A stretch of 64,000 bases of DNA from positions 2,056 to 66,055 of the forward strand of contig CAZEHQ010000002.1 in the NCBI GenBank assembly GCA_964512165.1, read 5' to 3'. This DNA is from an uncultured Gemmatimonadaceae bacterium (lineage in GTDB: Bacteria > Latescibacterota > UBA2968 > UBA8231). The notes under the pieces are model-generated. The model was not told the DNA's origin and searched no databases. It saw only the letters and a list, made by a program, of their open reading frames with translations. This document shows, piece by piece, positions 61,218-64,000 of the stretch (position 1 is the first letter of the stretch; each line of letters opens with the position of its first letter). A program made the position numbers and the translations under genes.

Positions 61218-62304
61218 GAGTGAGCGCGAGCCTACCGGTTCCGGGAACCGGTGTCAATCGGACGAGGGGCGGGCAGCCCTGGCCTGGGAGGCCCTGCGGG
61301 CCATGCCGGACGCCGTGCTGCTCTTCGAAGACGGAGGTGCGGTCGGCTTCGCCAATTCGGCGGCTTCCGAGTTGCTTGGGGAGGCCGCGCAGGCCGGGGC
61401 GAGCCGGAGCGCCGTCCTCGAGCGGTCCGCCCCCCTGGCGGACCTGGTGAGCCAGGCCTGGCGCAGCCGAAACCCGCGCACGGCCGTGGACGTGCCCTGC
61501 GACGGCCGCCGCCTGCAGGCCTGGGTGACTCCCTTCGACGGGGGCTGCCTGCTCATTCTGCGCGAGTCCACGGGGGACCCCCCCGACCGGCACCTGTGGC
61601 AGGCGGAGCGGATGGCGGCCCTCGGGCGGCTGGCCGGGTCGGTGGCCCACGAGGTGCGCAATCCCCTCGGCGCGGTGGACATCCAGCTTCAGCTGCTGGC
61701 CCGGGACGCCGAGTCCCTCGGGGAGGAGACCGCCGACCGCGTGCGCGAGCGCGTCGGCCGGGCGCGGGCGGAGGTCCGCCGCCTCGACGGCATCGTGCAG
61801 AACTTCCTCCGGTTCTCGCGCCCGCCCGAGGTGCGCCTGGCGCCGACGGACCCGGCCCTGGTGGTGCAGCGCATGCACGAGCTGGTGGCTCCCGAGGCCC
61901 GGGAGCGGGGCATCCGTCTCGAGCTGAAGCTGCCGCCGCGGATCCCCCCGGTGCACGCCGACGAGAACCTGCTCAGCCAGGCGCTGCTGAACGTGCTGAT
62001 CAACGCCTTCCAGGCGGTGGAGGAGGCGGGCGAGGATCCCCTCGTGGAGCTGACTCTCGAGGAGGCGAGGCCGGCGGAGGTGCGGATCCAGGTGAAGGAC
62101 AACGGTTGCGGGGTTTCCCCCGAGGATCTGGAGAGGGTTTTCGAGTACTACTATACTACCAAGGACAGCGGCACCGGCCTGGGATTGTCCATCGCCCAGG
62201 GCATCCTGCGGCAGCACGGCGGCAGCCTGCATCTGACCAGCCGCCCCCAGGGTGGAACCACCGTCTCCCTTCTCCTGCCCACCAGCTCCCCCAACCCCTC
62301 CTGA
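61216..62304 (+). CDS. cytoplasmic PAS-domain sensor histidine kinase (NtrB-like)
   Basis: H-box HEVRNPLGAV, N/G1/G2 boxes (NVLINAFQA, DNGCGV, GTGLGLSIAQ); no TM segments; start may be 61303. Confidence 0.75.
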   Translation: MSEREPTGSGNRCQSDEGRAALAWEALRAMPDAVLLFEDGGAVGFANSAASELLGEAAQAGASRSAVLERSAPLADLVSQAWRSRNPRTAVDVPCDGRRLQAWVTPFDGGCLLILRESTGDPPDRHLWQAERMAALGRLAGSVAHEVRNPLGAVDIQLQLLARDAESLGEETADRVRERVGRARAEVRRLDGIVQNFLRFSRPPEVRLAPTDPALVVQRMHELVAPEARERGIRLELKLPPRIPPVHADENLLSQALLNVLINAFQAVEEAGEDPLVELTLEEARPAEVRIQVKDNGCGVSPEDLERVFEYYYTTKDSGTGLGLSIAQGILRQHGGSLHLTSRPQGGTTVSLLLPTSSPNPS

Positions 62305-62323
62305 GCCCTCGCCGCACCCTCGC

Positions 62324-63712
<1,389 letters not shown>

Positions 63713-63830
63713 CCTGCTGCAGGAATTGCACGCCGGCGCCGGACCGCTCGCCGGCAAGTTCCGCCAGGGCCGCGGCCTTGATTCCATAACTCCAGTAATA
63801 ACTACCAGATACATGTGCTCTCGGTGTCTA

Positions 63831-63846
63831 TGGCACCGACTTTGCA
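63831..63846 (+). promoter_or_regulatory. sigma-54 (-24/-12) promoter TGGCAC-N5-TTGCA reading rightwards out of the window
   Basis: tGGCACcgactTTGCAtat at 63831-63846, preceded by an unusually AT-rich 50 nt; directly downstream of the NtrC-family regulator. Confidence 0.6.
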
Positions 63847-64000
63847 TATGACACTGCGGGCGGCAGACCAGACGCCCCATGGCAGCCCCCGACGCCGGAC
63901 CGCTACCGGGGTCGGGATCATCGATGCGACACGTTCCGCGGTTTCCACCCGTTCCCGGAGCGCAAGAATTGCAGCCCTCGTCCGGCACCTTCGAGTCGTC

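Noticed and set aside
63736-63745. ccggcgccgg 10-bp GC palindrome after the regulator gene as a terminator
   Set aside because: It has no loop and no U-tract; such GC palindromes are frequent in this composition.

Overview
High-GC (about 70% by eye) bacterial chromosomal segment with about 56 protein-coding genes, dense packing and no rRNA, tRNA, CRISPR, integrase or transposase signatures. Many very long ORFs in the six-frame track are Arg/Pro/Gly-rich antisense or alternate-frame artefacts of the GC content and were not called. Content from left to right: AddB-like (partial) and AddA-like helicase-nuclease, purM, a DEDDy PolB-exo-like exonuclease, a Fic protein, a sigma-70 family sigma factor, a Gfo/Idh/MocA oxidoreductase, a YqjG-like GST, msrA and an ABC-2 permease pair. 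About 22 kb from 14.8 to 36.8 kb is a catabolic island with repeated modules of Gfo/Idh/MocA dehydrogenase, amidohydrolase-2 (LigI-like lactonase) and acid-sugar dehydratase (two MR/MLE enolases, UxuA), plus a sulfatase, six PhyH-type Fe/2OG dioxygenases nearby (16.0-39.5 kb), a CocE/NonD hydrolase, two M81 (MlrC-like) peptidases, an unknown 620-aa propeller-like protein and an embedded SUI1/YciH homolog. Then follow hemF, a cold-shock protein, a small polysaccharide-modification cluster (SGNH hydrolase, PIG-L deacetylase, NAD epimerase), a lone TolC-like protein, a DksA/TraR zinc-finger protein, a UVR-domain protein, a HEAT lipoprotein, Mrp/ApbC, an M23 peptidase, an LpxH-like phosphoesterase, a Sun-family RNA methyltransferase and a secreted GH-A glycosidase. 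Next is a tightly coupled futalosine-pathway menaquinone operon (menG, two MqnC/MqnE radical-SAM genes, mqnA, UbiA-type prenyltransferase, an inserted IlvD/EDD dehydratase, ubiX). The window ends with a PAS histidine kinase and NtrC-family sigma54 activator, followed by a near-consensus sigma-54 promoter. The most notable observations are the IlvD/EDD gene inside the mqn operon, the overlap-coupled sulfatase/enolase/propeller/amidohydrolase/SUI1/MlrC operon, the PhyH expansion, and two near-consensus promoters (sigma54 at 63.83 kb, sigma70 at 46.22 kb). Product calls come from motif and alignment recall only; no searches were run.
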